In this document: piece after piece, positions 14,701 to 28,530 of the stretch | How positions within the stretch are numbered: the first letter of the stretch is position 1 | Layout of the letters: every line of letters starts with the position of its first letter | NCBI GenBank assembly: GCA_036172245.1 | Contig: JAYWIR010000035.1 | Location: forward strand, 682,001 to 746,000 | Length of the DNA: 64,000 bases | Direction of reading: 5' to 3' | Source: Raillietiella orientalis | Taxonomy: Eukaryota | Notes under the pieces: generated by a model | Seen by the model: the letters and a program-made list of their open reading frames with translations, nothing else | Database searches by the model: none | Told to the model about the DNA's origin: nothing | Made by a program: the position numbers and the translations under genes

Positions 14701-17700
14701 CGAAAACAACCGCAAGAAAGAGAAGATACTCAGGGAAAGTCATGTTCGCATGGGCCATAGTTTCCTTGAATTGGAGGCGACAGCTGGAGCAACTGGAGCT
14801 CATGGAGAGCAGCAAGGCTGCAGAACTTGCTGCACTTCTGAGTCAGAACTCTTCCACTCCAAGAGCGAAGCATCTGCTCGTATCGGGCAAAGGAGAAGAA
14901 TGTGGAATCCCGGCCGGTTTGCTTTCCAGATCCGTTGACTAGCAACCTCGCCCATAGTGCAAGGATTGGCAGTGTTCAGGTTCTTAGTGTTCTCGTTTTA
15001 GATTCTCCACTACAAGAAAAATCTATCGCGAAATGCTAGAGGAACGCAGAAATCAGTGCATCCTGATCTCAGGCGAGTTTCTTTACCGGGGGATAACTTA
15101 CCGTGCGATTCCAGGCGAATCTGGATCGGGAAAAACTGAAAATAGTAAAAGAATCCTGGAATACCTGTCTGCCATGAATTCCGAAAGTGATTCTAGAACT
15201 CTAGATAACGTGAAAGAGAGGCTCCTTCACAGCAATCCCCTACTGGAAGCTTTGGGAAATGCTAAGACGTGCAGGAATGACAATTCTTCAAGATTTGGAA
15301 AGTACATGAACATTCACTTCGACGTGATGGTACACTTGGCTGTTGGTATCCTTGACGACGTCGTGTCATTCTTCCTTCCAGGGAAACCCAATAGGAGGCC
15401 GCGTAGATGAATATTTGTTGGAGAAATCGCGCGTGATCTTCCAGGAGGAAGGGGAACGGAATTTTCACATCTTCTACTCCCTTCTTTCCGGCGACCAAGA
15501 TTTCTTAGATTCCCTGCACTTGGTTAGAGACATTTCCCGCTATTCCTACCTAAACAACGTGAGTCACCGAGTGATCTTGGAAATTCCAGTAGCTGGTGCT
15601 ACGTCAGGGTACTCCCGGAGGTATTTCCGATCTAGATAGGAGGCGCTTCGATGACGTGACCTCCGCAATGAGCACCTTGGGATTCGATGGCAAAGAGCAG
15701 CTATGCATGTGGAAGATCGTCGCCTCTATACTGCATCTAGGCAACATCCAGTTTTCAGAAGAAGGGAAACCACTAAGCGACTTGTCTCGAGTCGCTGAGG
15801 TACAGCTGGGCATCGCACTTGTTCTCCACGGTTCCTCGTTCCTTCTGATGAGAATGTTCTGATGCTCTCTTCCAGAGCTCAGTAAAACTGACGCTTATCT
15901 GAGATTCACCATAGAGTGGGAGGAATGTCAGATATCCGCAGAAGTCTGATCTCTATCAACCACTGATCCGCGATTGCGCGCTCTCTTTCTTTCCCCACCC
16001 GTCCAAAACAGATGACGGCGCGAAAATCCCAAGATGTGTCCGTGCTTTCGCGCGTCCGCAAACCACACGTGCGTACGTCCCGCCTTTTCAGCTTCTAAGT
16101 GTCTTGGAATCGGACCTGCGGGCCACTCTGACCGAAAGGACAATCGAAGTGAAGTCGCAGTTGATTTCCACAGATCATAGGAGCCACTTCCAAGTCCATG
16201 TCCGCGATTCCTTGGCGAAATCTGTGTACGAAGCCATGTTCTTGTGGTTCGTCTCTCGAATCAACCAGTCCTTGGAATCGCCCCAAAAGCCCTCCATGAA
16301 CCTGGGGATACTGGACATATATGGCTTCGAAATCTTCCCCCACAACAGGTGATCCTCTTGTCCGCTAAGGGTGCCTCACAGAAAGCTTCCCAGTCTGGAA
16401 CAGTTCTGCATCAATTACTGCAACGAAAAGATACACCAGCTCTTCGTCAAAGTAGCTTTACTTTCGGAGCAGCAGGAATATGAGGACCAGGGCATTCCCT
16501 GGGTTCCAGTTCCCTTTTTTGACAATCAGATCATATGCGATCTGATCGAAAGCAAGGACAGAGGTGAGCAACGGCTTCATTTTCGGTATTCATCCCTGAC
16601 GAAGGTATGATCGACATATTATCTGATGAGTCCATGCTGCCTGGTCACACCAACTACACAACCCTTCTCGAGAAGTTCCAGATTTTTTATGGGGGACACG
16701 ACCATTTCTTTTACGACTCTCACCAATCGGAAAAGGAGGTTTCTTTCTCTCAAAAAAAAAACTCCCTCCCAGATATCCACTCGTCTCATGCTTTTCTAGT
16801 TCCTCGTCCACCATTACGCGGGAACAGTGAGATACGATGCGACCAGCTTCATCTCGAAAAACAGAGATCTGTTGTACAGAGATATCAAATCCCTCATCAG
16901 CCAAAGCAAAAACGTGATTCTGAGCAACGCTTTCTCTTCTTCCGAAGTCAGGAAGAAAAAGATTCCAGCCACATTGGCGACGCAGTTCCGTCAAAGCCTA
17001 AAGACTCTCATGGAAAACATCTCCAAGACGAACCAGTCTTTTATTAGGTGCTTGATTCCCAATCAGAGCAAAAATCCAGGTATGCCCTTGTTTCGAAATT
17101 CTCGGTTCACGGTGCAGATCTTTGCTTACCTAAATGTGTGGGAAGCACATCAGAGCGCTCACGGCGCAAGCAAGCGAGGTGTGTCGCGTGCTTCTCGTGC
17201 TTCAGCGAAAGACTTCTCCGAATGCTCCACACTTAAGTGGAACATTCTCAGAATTTTACATAGGTTGGGAGCACACCTTCATGAAACGGACTAATGTACC
17301 TTGTACGCTCATCTGCAATCTTCATTTTTCACACAAGAGAGCACCATATGCAATTTCACACCTAAGTTCGTTGCCACAGATGCCTCAGAGCTGTCAAAGG
17401 TAGATACGAGAGCTCCTTAAAATTAAGTCAGGTATTCACCAGCGCATTTGAAGATTCAGTGCTCACTAAAATAAATGAAATCATGCAAATAATAATAATA
17501 ATAACTCGAAACGCCAATCAACAAATATTGTAAATAACGCGCTTCCTGTGGTATGTAAATGTCGATAGCACACGACAAATTACAGGGAAGAATACGGAAC
17601 GAGGTCATAGGGATTACATAGGTTAAAGAATCCATCACGCCTGTATTATAAACATCTTTGCTGATTTGCATGGATTATTTTTTTTTCCTTTGGATCTTAA

Positions 17701-20700
17701 TTTTAATGAGTTTTTTTAGTAAGAATTTGAGCCGGTGATGATGTTGAAAGGGTAGAGACCGGTGGCCGAGTACCAGTAGCTTAGCAAGGTGTTTTATTTC
17801 AACGAATAGATGGAAACATTGCTTCATTAACGTTGGTGGCAGGTTAATAATGATGACTAATGTCGACGTGAAACCCGTAACTTAATTTGCCAAGCCACGC
17901 ACGTCCGCTATTACTAAAAATGAAACCTGGACAGATTTCGAGAGTATTCTCTGGATTCTTAATGGGATGAACTATTTGAAACCAAAAAGGATCCAATCTC
18001 AAGTTTCTGCTAAGCACCAGATAGATAAAACAGCCTGTTTGCATGGCGATGGAATTTCGGCTTTGCAAGTTTTCCTGGATGCTGCTGAAGGAATTGGATT
18101 TCAATTTAAATTGGCTCCCACCTGTAAGTTCAAGAAAAGAACAAGAAATGAGGAGATGAAATTGTTTTCCCTGTGAGAAAGACTGTGAGGAAAGGTCAAC
18201 TGCATTCTTTTGAATCATATGAACAGAGAGCGCAAGATTTGAGGAAGGCAGCAATGCGATGAACTTAATCAGACAAATATGAGATGCTTGTGTCACGAAA
18301 GGACCACTACAGGAAGAGAAATATCACTTGCGTCTCGTGCGGCAGTTAATGCAATGGGAGTGTGGGATTCAGGGGACCCATGGGGTTGGAAATTTGCTGG
18401 AAATTACGGCGGGAATATAGGGCAAGTGAGTGGATAGATGGAATGAACGCTCGTTGTGTCCCATTCGGTATTGATGCACATAGAGCATTATCAGGATAGA
18501 TAAGCATTAAAGGAAATGTGAGTTCTTAGTGTGACCATGGTTTGTAATTCAAACGTTGTTTCGTGAAGTGCAAATGATTGCTATGGTCACTGGGACATGT
18601 CACAAAAGCTTAAGCAGATGGGTGATTTTCAAAAGTTAGAAGGGTGATCCTCTCAACTGGTTTCTTAGTTGAAGATCCTCATGATCTCCTTTAGAGAGCA
18701 CTGGAATAGGGGTATCATTGGAATAGGAGTATCTGTTTATCTATGGACGTCCAAGAAAGGATCATGCAGGGAAAAATCGAGAAAATGAATGTGTGATAAC
18801 CGCATGGCAATTCGGAACGGTTTATTATTCATTATTTTGATGGATACCCTATTTCGTTCGTTGTCCTTATCGGAGTGGTAATGCTGTAGATTGCCTCCCG
18901 CTAATAGTTCTGGAGTATCGCGGGCTTGCCGTTGAAAAGGGCCACTCATCTAGCATGCTCCCTATCGCTTGCCAACAGCTGTGATCATGTTCTTCGAGAT
19001 GGTAGTAGGAATATGTTGCTTCGTTTCCGAACAAGGGATGCTTGGTTACTTAGATCGGCGAATGCAGCAAGTAAAGAATTTGGGAGCGAGTTTCACGGTC
19101 CTTGCAGTCAACGGGCATATGATAACGTCATTTTGGCTATTCTTTAGGGCCTTGGAATCTCCGTTACCATTAATTGCAAACATGATTTTCACTTTCTGTA
19201 TGAGTCCCTTTTCGTAATCAGTAAACATTGCTTATCAAGAGATTCAAGGAGGAACGGAGTTTTTCTCCGGAGCACAGAATGGCTGCTGAAGAACCCTGGA
19301 TGTTGGGCTCTTGGTACTATCACGATGAAGTGCCCATCGTCAGTGTTGTCGATCCATTGGATCTGACTGCCTTTCTAAGCAAGGGGTGGAAGTTCAGGAT
19401 GGATTGTGAAATTTCACAGCTTTCGCCCCAAAATCGTGCAAATCATTAAAAGGCATCATCTGTGTGTGTGTGTTTGTAAGATGGCAAGTGATAGGCATAC
19501 ATACGTATAGATGGGTTTTTCATCGATTTAAAGAAAATGGAAAGGTTCTTGTTGTTAAGGAATGAGGATTTTCCCTACTACCGCAGTCCTGTGACTTGAA
19601 AACAGGATGCTGTTACTCTGCATACCAAACAAAAGCATTCCTTCGGCAAACCGAAGCAAATTCGTGTCCAGTCTATTTCTGCTACCTTCGAAAGTCACAT
19701 CGTTTTGAAGTACTTAAAAAAAAAATCTTGCCTAATGTGTCGACAAAGGCTGAAAGTGCTTGGAAAAAGCCAAAACATAATTGCTGTTTGTAATGTCTTC
19801 CCTCAAATCCTGGATTTCTCGATCCATATATCAACACATTTCAATTATTTTGCAGGAGTACATGTGTATGAGCAGTACATGTGTATATTTCTGGACACAG
19901 ATAAGAACGCACAGTACGTGTCGTAAGGAGCATAGAAAATGTAATCCATGCATCTGAGTGGTTCCTCTTAGATTTTGAATCATCCGGCATACCGGTTTAT
20001 GCGCTCCAGGCTATCATTCATTTGCCAACTGATACATAATCAACACGCTCGAAATCTTAACGCGGTTCCCCTTCCGGGCCCAATTTCAACCAACATGTTT
20101 TGAAACACTTGAAGCAAAAATGCCTTTCAGCCTCAACTCATAACTTTTGCCGGAACGTTCACTGACTACTAAGTTTAGCCGTCCCAACGGAACTAAATTA
20201 TATTACAATAAGATTTTTGAAAATTGCTTGTACGTGAACGTGTCCTTTTGGGGAGAATTCGGGACTGAAGCTGGCGTCCACAGTTGAGAATGAGAATGGA
20301 ATAAAAAAAAAAAAAAAAACATGCATGAATTTGGCTGAATCAGGAAAGGAATGATGACAAAAAATTAAAAAAGCAGTGTGTGCAAACACCGGTCGACGGA
20401 TTCATGCTTTTCTTCTCTTACTGTTGGTTCGACAAGTCTCCTCTTCACCTGAACTTTCGATCTTCACTAATCAGAGACTGACTCCCATTTGCTAATACCA
20501 CGATGCAAACAAACAGCCATCGTGAACTCCCGTTTTCTCCCAGCGCACGCATGCGTGCGTACCGTTACGCACGCGCGTGTGTACTTGAGTGCGCACACGC
20601 TGACTCATATGCACGAGTAAGCATACATAGATGCTTCTAACGTACATAGCTGTTTCGATCGACACAAGATGTTGAATGTTCTTGGAACAGCTTCCCTTTC

Positions 20701-23700
20701 TCTTTTCTTTTTGCATTCCATCCATGTAAATAGTTCAAGCCATTCCAAGTCACTGGTTTTTCTGCTCATGATCAAGAGAAACAGAATCATCTTCAAGCGT
20801 TCTGTTTCGCTTGTTCCCGAAGAGAAAGATTAGGGATGGACTCTTCCTCTAAGTCTGTGTTGTGCAACCGATGCCCGCTGTTTCTGTCTCCCTGATTCCT
20901 TACCGCTAAATTCTTTTCTTCTGCTTCGCAAACCTTGGCTGTTACGCATACTGACACCTTTGACTTTCAGAATATTTAGATCGTCACGAGGTCCTCAAGC
21001 AAATCAAATACCTCGGGCTTTTGGAGTACACTCGCATCAGGAGAGCAGGATTCGCGTATCGAAGGCCGTACGCTCAATTCCTGCAAACATTCAAGTGCGT
21101 AAGTCCGGAAACATGGCCAACCTGGAAAGGATCTGCAAAGGACGGCGTGGAAAAAATTTTGGAGCATTTGGGTTTTGAAGAGAGAGCGTACAAATTTGGA
21201 AGGTACTTTCTTCTCTCAGAATTCCCTAGGCATGAAGGATCTGTATCTCAAAAGGACAAAAATATTCATCGAGTCCATCGCGACTGTGCGCATTCTTGAA
21301 AAAGTCCTCCAGAACAGGAAGCAACAGTTGATTTCCCTCATCCAAGCAGTCTATAAGGGATACAAGCAAAGAAGAGAATATCTCCTCATGCGTCAAGCGG
21401 CAGTGAAGATTAGCAGTTACGTCCGGATGTTTTTGGCGAAGACACAAGCGCAGAGGCGCAGACAGGCCGTTGAGAAGTTGCGCAGGTAGTTCTACTAGCA
21501 AACACGGTTGGCCCAAAATGGGACGTGAGGATTGCCTATTCTTTGTTTCTTTTTTTTTCTCCCCCCCCCCCAGATTTATGATTGGATTCATCACGCGCTA
21601 TGAAAAGCCGAACGAGTTCAACCTGCCTTTCATCCAGATCGTTAGGCAGCTGTGGTTGCAGAGATTAGCGCTACAAGCTCCTAGATCGATCCTGGATAAG
21701 AGCTGGCCAGAATGCCCTCAGTGCTGCAAAGAAGCATCATTTCTCCTGAGAGATATCCACAGAAAGTGTCTAGTTAGAAACTATGTTCATTCTCTCACTC
21801 ACCAGAAGAAAATTCTTTTGCAAAGAAAAGTTTTGGCAGAGGATTTGTTCAAAGGTAAACACACACAACGTGCACATCAGATCTGTCCGCATTCCTGTAA
21901 ACTATAAAACCAATTCTAAGCTCCTAAACACGAATAGTTGAATGATGAAAATCATAATTACGTGGCCAAACTACGGTTACAAGTTGGAGGAGGTTGTGCT
22001 TCTCCCCTAGTCGACTTACTAATCTCTTCCAGTGATAGCGAATTGCTCGAGAAGCAAAATTCAATCTTTCCGGCTGTCAAAAAAGGCTAGCGTAACGAGA
22101 AGCATCGATGTGTGCTGTACCAAAGTAGGCATTGAAAAGTTTTCCCTCTGGCACTAATGCATTCAAGCTGAAAGGGAGATGTACAACCAACTCGTTAGAA
22201 AGGAAAGTCACCCATCCCCTCCGAAAGGGGTGCAATAGGAGATTTATGTGAGAATGTGAGAAGGCGTTGTGAGAGAGTGATGACTGAATAAGAAGACTAT
22301 ACATGTAATAATCTAAAGCGTTCGACGCTGAAAACAAGCAAACAAACAAACGTCACCCATGGCGAAAATAAATATTTTAGAAACGATGAAAAGCACTTTC
22401 CGTCGTTCCGGAGAGCAGGCCACTCATTTTTCGGGGGTATACCCGGATAGTGTCCGAAAATCTTCATTTTTGGCAAGAAAAACAAAATTTTCGATGATAA
22501 CCAGCTTTGAACATTTTTTTGAGAGGGCCACTTCCGAAACGTCGTGGTGACCCCGTTCCCGTTACGTTGTCTGCACGAACTCAGGTTCTGAAACGAAACT
22601 TCTTGATCGCTTGCGGAAAGAAAAAAATTCCTCAACTCCAGCAAACGTTTGGTACTTCCAAAAGAAAGTAGAAAGTAAGTCCGGAACCCGGAAGGGAATC
22701 GTTTTGGCGGACGTTCCAGAGACCTTTCTGGTAGCACGCGATCCATACTCCTCCCCCCTCACGTATGACGCACCTATTTGAAATGGGGCTCGTCTTGATA
22801 TTCTCGCGAAGGCTTCGAAAATTCCAAGCGCTTTTTCGGAAACACCCACAAATAACAGGAGGAGTCCTGAAGTGTTTCTCAAAAAGATTAGAATCTCGGA
22901 ACGATCCTGAAGCTGGAATTCAAGCGAAAGAAAAAGTTGATGTGTGAAGAATTTTCAAGGGGTGCGTTTCCATTATTCGTTGTTTGGCTGCGGTTCCGGG
23001 TGCCCACGTAGGGTGCCACCAGACTTTGTGGGGAGCTCTCCGTATTTTGAATGCACGTACTCGCCCGGCTTCGGCACAAAATGCATCAAGGTCTCGCGTT
23101 CGCTCTCTAAATGACGCCTATGAGTGGGACGTTTTTTCTTTTTTATTTTCCGGTTGACATGGAAAATTATCTATTTTCCATGAATGAGGTTTCCTCCAAG
23201 CACTCGTTTGGAAAGAGACCTTTTGCAAACGACCAATGCCCCAGCAGTTGTAACTCATTTCAGGAAGCCCAGCAAACTTTTGGAGATAACGTCTTCATTA
23301 TCGCCTTTCATGACCTTATTCATAAAAAGTTACTTTTCAGGAAAAAAAGAATCTTATAAAGAAAGCATCAAAGAACTGTTCGTCGACTGTAGAGTTCCTG
23401 ATCATGATACAGACCGAGTGAAGAATGTTCTTCTCTTGTGCTGCAAAGGATTTAAGGAAGATGTACAAGTAGGAATCGTTCCCTTAATTGGGAAGCCTTA
23501 GGGATTCTTTTTTTTTATTTGCGGGTTGGATTTTTTTTTTTTTTTTTTTTTATCAACAAAAGCATGAAAACAGTCATTGACCTGAAGAGTGTGAAACGAA
23601 TTTATGGCTGAGTTTCGCGGATGCTTTTCACTCATCAATACCTTTTGCTTTGCAACTGTAGCTCTGAAAGGATTTTTCCTCAGTATGCCACTGTCGTCGT

Positions 23701-26700
23701 CAAGTACGATAGCCATGGATACAAAGCAAGGGAACGACTTTCGATCCTCACGGATCAAGCTGTCTACTTCGTGGATCTTCTGAAAGTGCAGCTGAAACAA
23801 AAATTCTTTTATACTGATATCGGGACGCTCATAGTAACCAAAAATGATGATGACTTGATGGTACTTCGTGGCAAAGATCGCTCTTCTAACACCGAGGTAA
23901 GAGGAATTTCCGTATCCTCATTCGCGCTACAATTCTGTGCAAAAATGATTACGATGCAGAAATAGGTCTCCTGGAAAGAGATTTCCTATTTCGTGCTGTC
24001 CCTAACCTCTATCATCCTTGCTGCTGCAATGCCCTCTTCAAACAGTGAATATTACCTAGTGGGCCTTTGCGGTAACAGAAAGCTCATCATAGTTGGCGAG
24101 GAGCTCTCTGCAGTGTTACAAAAACTAGCAGTTTTTCCTTTTTTTTTGAGGGAAAGGCTTTGTCGGAGCAGTTAGGACTTCCAGACTTTCGTTCTGCTCT
24201 GCGAAGTTCCTCCGTTGGGCCGAGACGACTGGCTGGAGTCTCCATGACAGATAGGAGCCACGTCTGTCTGGCAAGCGCTTCCCAATTCTGCCAACGATGG
24301 TTTCCTGCAGCTCTGTGACCTCGCAAAAGAAAGACTTCCGTTCACTTGCAACTGTGATGAGCATGGGCCAGCTAGGGGAAAACCTCTAAGGAGACCGTAG
24401 AGGGGGGCTGGCTAGTCTGCAGATCAGGAAGAAACAGAAACAGATAATGACAGACCCCTCACCTTTGTGAAGTTTCGATGAGACCAGAATTGCATGCCAT
24501 TCCCCTCTTGAGCTTTCTTCGCGCTTTTACAGATTGCTTGACCTTCTCTGAAAACAAACGAACGTCTCCTTGCAGGGGTTCCACATCCCTAGTGGTGTGT
24601 ACAGGTTTGCAGTTGTTGAATCCATGCTTTTCTCGGACATCATTTTCAAAAATTGTGCTGTGAAAGCGAGGAGGAGAGCAAGTGAGTAAGTCTCTCAAAG
24701 AGCCATCTTTTCCGTGGCCTTGAGTCCTTGTGAAAAGGACAGGACGGAGCACCAATGGCAGTCTTAGCAGATCAGGAAAGAGGGCTGCCGTGCTCTCCTC
24801 TCGAATCACCGATCTGGGAACGATTCGATCTGTCAGGATGAATTCCGACGTCCCATTCCCAAACCAGATTAGGCACCTCATTGTGAATATGGCAGCAGTG
24901 AGCGAAACGTCAGCGAGACTGCTTTGGCTTTTCGACTGTTCCTGTGGGTTAGCTTCAAGTGTCGAAGTGACGCCCGAAATTCGACAGAAAGTTATGTCGA
25001 TGACATTTTCTAATCATTTAGATAGCTCGTAAAAGCTTTGCTTGAGGCTAGCTATTCCGTCAATGCCTTCTGTCTTTTTCCCTCTATTGTGCTGAGTTTT
25101 GGAACACGAACGCTCAGAGCGAAGAGCTAAACGAAAATTTCGCAAAGTACACAGCGCCGATGTGCAGTGTGTCAAGAAACGTGCAAGAAAAGAAGCGGGA
25201 GAAAGCATTCATGGAGAAAGGGATCAGAGTTCCTCTCTCACCGCCTATTTACGCCAAAAACGAGGGTTTACATTAAGTGTTGAAGTGGTTGGCGCTTACA
25301 GAAGAGGAGAACAATGAAAGCAGGGTAGCCAATTGCTCTGTCACAAATGTCAAGGACAGTGAACTGAGGTTACCAAAATTCAACGTGGAGGAGTACATAT
25401 GTGGATATTCTTAATCGTTACTGGTGCTGGAATTAAGTTTATCTAGAATTTGATAATAAGTAGTAAGGATTAAGAGTCATACAGATATCGAATGCAGCCG
25501 CATCACAACTTGAGCATCTCTCCACGTCTTACTACGTCTGCATCATTGAACTGATCACTCGAATCTGCAAAACAAAATTAAAAGGCCACACACACTGATT
25601 TGGAATTTTTTTTTTTTTTTTTTCTCCGACAAGATCTTGGACTTCTTGACAGGACAAGGAAGAAGTTTGTTTTCAGGGGAACTTTTCAAACATTAATGCA
25701 AACTCAAAACTTCATGTTGAATATAGAGAAATTCTCATACGCTGAGAACCTTGGGGAGGGGGAAAGGCGGATGCAAAGTAGCGGGAAGAAAAATAGGGAA
25801 GTGCAATGGGCACACTGGTAATAGTGCTCAAACGAGAGCCAGCTCATCATGAGCCTTTCATCAGAGGAACACCCAGAGCAGAAAATGCTCAGTCTGGCAA
25901 ACAAGCAGCGGCTGCTTTCAAAGGAGAATCCAAGAAGCTGCCTAGAACGAATCGAGGCTGAAAAATCTCGCTTTTTGCAGGATCAGGGAGTCGAGAGATT
26001 TTTAGTCAGCTGCCCAAACTTTAATAAAAGAACTCGCAAATGAATTTGCAAGCAGATGACGAAGGAGCTTGGTGAAGTTAGGAATAGTGTTCCAAATTGA
26101 AAAATTCTCGCAGCATTATCGGAAACGACGCAGAAATGATTTTGGCTCTACACAGACATTGGGTCACGCCTGTTGGTGTGTTTATTTCCACACGTTGTGT
26201 GCGTGCTCGAATGCATGTTTGATCTAGTAGCTTCATTTCTCTAAAACGCAAACATTATGCAGGAAATTTTCCTTTTTTGTGTAAAAAAAGAGAACATGAA
26301 GCATTTTATTCGGGCACCTAGATTCCAGAGGCATGGAGATTGTAAGAAAATGAACTGGTTGCTTCTCCTTGGATACCCACTTGCGTTATCTCCGCTGTAA
26401 CCAGCGCCGCACTGGTGGGGATGCTAATCTTAAAAATTCCTGTCTGAACTTCTTGCAATCGCGTTCCAAATTCAAACAAATGGAATTCAGCTTCTAGCGT
26501 AAGGCGGACTTTTCGGGACCTGTGAATCTCAGGGAATAGCTTTTTGCTCAAGTGGACTAACTTGGTAGACCGAACACGTACGGGAAGCTTTTTGAAACCA
26601 ATGGTTCCTGTTGGATGATTGGAGAGAAGACCCTGCACTCTCTTGGCGGGTCGGAAAGTAAATAGCAGGACGTCAGTCCTACACGCATCTCGTTGAGTAC

Positions 26701-28530
26701 ACATGCACCCTCTTCCCGTATCTGATTACACTCGAGTATGCATATGGATTCGCTCGCAACAGATCATAGAACGAACAAGCTCTCCCTGAAGGTGCAAGTA
26801 CGAAAGTACATAAGTTCATCCCCCCTCCCCCCACTTCATTCTGGAAATTGCATCAATAGATAGAGGATTTTAGTCAGTGATGTTTAAAGTTGCATTAGAA
26901 GCTACGCCAGCCTGATTGACAGTGTACGGATTAGATTGCGGTGCAAACACGCTTTTTCGGTGACCCAAGAAGTCACTTCGGTCATCAGCAAAGCTGCGAT
27001 TCTGGTGGGATGATGCCCGCGTCGGAGACTTTGTGGTCTGGAGACTTAAGGCTTCGGCGCGTGGCACCATGCGTCGCGGGTTCGAATACTTCGGCAGATA
27101 AATTGACGCCACTGCGCCGTTGGGTTCCGAGTTTCTCCTGCAAGATGGCGCTGGTGGGCCGAGACATTCGGGCGTGGCACCGGCGGTGGTTTAAGTCGGA
27201 GGCCCCCCATGAAGGCCGGAATAATGAGTCGACCTTCGGGTCCTTCCAGGAATAAAGGAGTGGGGAGTTCCCCCTCCGGTCGTGGCACTGTTTACGTGCT
27301 TGACTTTTACAACTCGTAGATATTTGCACCTGTGGACACGTGTATGTACATTTGTATGTACGGAATTCAAAAAATCGTTCCAAAGCATTTATGGAGAAAG
27401 TGAACTTTGCAAGATCATACAGTCTTCGAGGAAGAGCGCGAGGCAGGAAAGAGAAGATTGCCGAATTCAACATCCGGAATAAGAGAGTGTTATTGCCAGG
27501 AACACTTCGTTACGTTGCAGGAACACGTAGTCCATGAGAAGAGTTCAGGATAACAAGTTGAAAGACGTTCACTGCGAAATTTCAGAGGCTCAAAGATATG
27601 TAGGCAGTCAAACTGAATGGTTTGGGTCGTAAAATCTTTGCACGGTGGGTGCTAGACCGACAAAAGACAGCAGTAAGATTCATGAGTTCCCCCAGAGACT
27701 CTTCGGTTTGTGTGAGTGCTTGTGTGAGTGAGTGTGTTTAATTTTGAATTTCAAAGATGTTGATAGCGAGACGTCATTTTCCAACCAACTTTCCTTGTGG
27801 AATTTGTGGTAAGATTAGTGGAGGTTGCCAACAATAAAAACCTGCTTTCTATCCAAAGGGAAGGAAGGTGAGTTACACGGCCCTTGCGGCCCTTTATGAT
27901 GATCAGTTTATGATTTGCAGCATCGAACACTTGAAGCGTGTTTGTGGGAAGAAGAAAAGCGGCACTATTGATTTTAGTGAAGGAGATGAAAAATGCATCA
28001 CACGCTTGAAGAATGGACACTTGCTGGTGGTGAGCAAAGTCTTGCAGTTTGTCTACCAAACGCTCATAGCTATTTCGGCCGATTTTCTTCTATTAAATCT
28101 TCGGCACACTTTCTTGAGATGACTCACCAAAGCCCTCATGTAAAACGATTTTCGTGGGCAATCTTCAAAAGTTGAAAGTTCTGGAAATTTGTTCCACCGA
28201 AGGGGATAGAACGAATTGACTTAAACAGTTAGGTTTCTGTACTTCGTCACTTGCTAAACTGCCTCGGAGGTGTTTCCGGGTCTCTCTGCTAGATGTTCTT
28301 GGAACCCTTCTAGTTTTCGACTTGGAAACGCGAAACAAATAGAAGTTAAGTAGTTCCGATAGTTTCTGGGTGGAGACGTTGATGTAAAAATCGAAAGAGT
28401 TTTGCATCTCCGAGACCCGGAAGATTGAAAGCGCTTGATATTACGTTTGCTTCCCAGTTTCATTTGATAAGTGGAACTCTTGTGCTGTTAAATTCCGTTT
28501 TCTTTTTCACAGATCACTAGAGAGAAATGA
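11784..28530 (+). CDS. Unconventional class I myosin (Myo1c/Myo61F-like): motor, IQ and TH1 domains; first coding exon not fixed
   Basis: Exons ~11784-11891 (LGIEDFVEL), 14113-14225 ([13 protein letters not shown]), 15002-15072, 15115-15329 ([17 protein letters not shown]), 15382-15558, 15608-15799, 16092-16348 (DIYGFE), 16394-16563, 16605-16738, 16800-17079, 20971-21202, 21255-21485 (IQ motifs), 21574-21854, 23341-23468, 23684-23896, 27767-27867, 27921-28029, and a probable last exon 28513-28530 (ITREK*). All joins keep frame with GT-AG boundaries except one GC-AG. Confidence 0.92.
15073..15114 (+). other. GC-AG intron, 42 nt, in the myosin P-loop-coding region
   Basis: CAG|GCGAGT...TTCCAG|GCGAA. 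Removing it restores the conserved [13 protein letters not shown]. No GT-AG alternative restores the motif. Confidence 0.8.
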
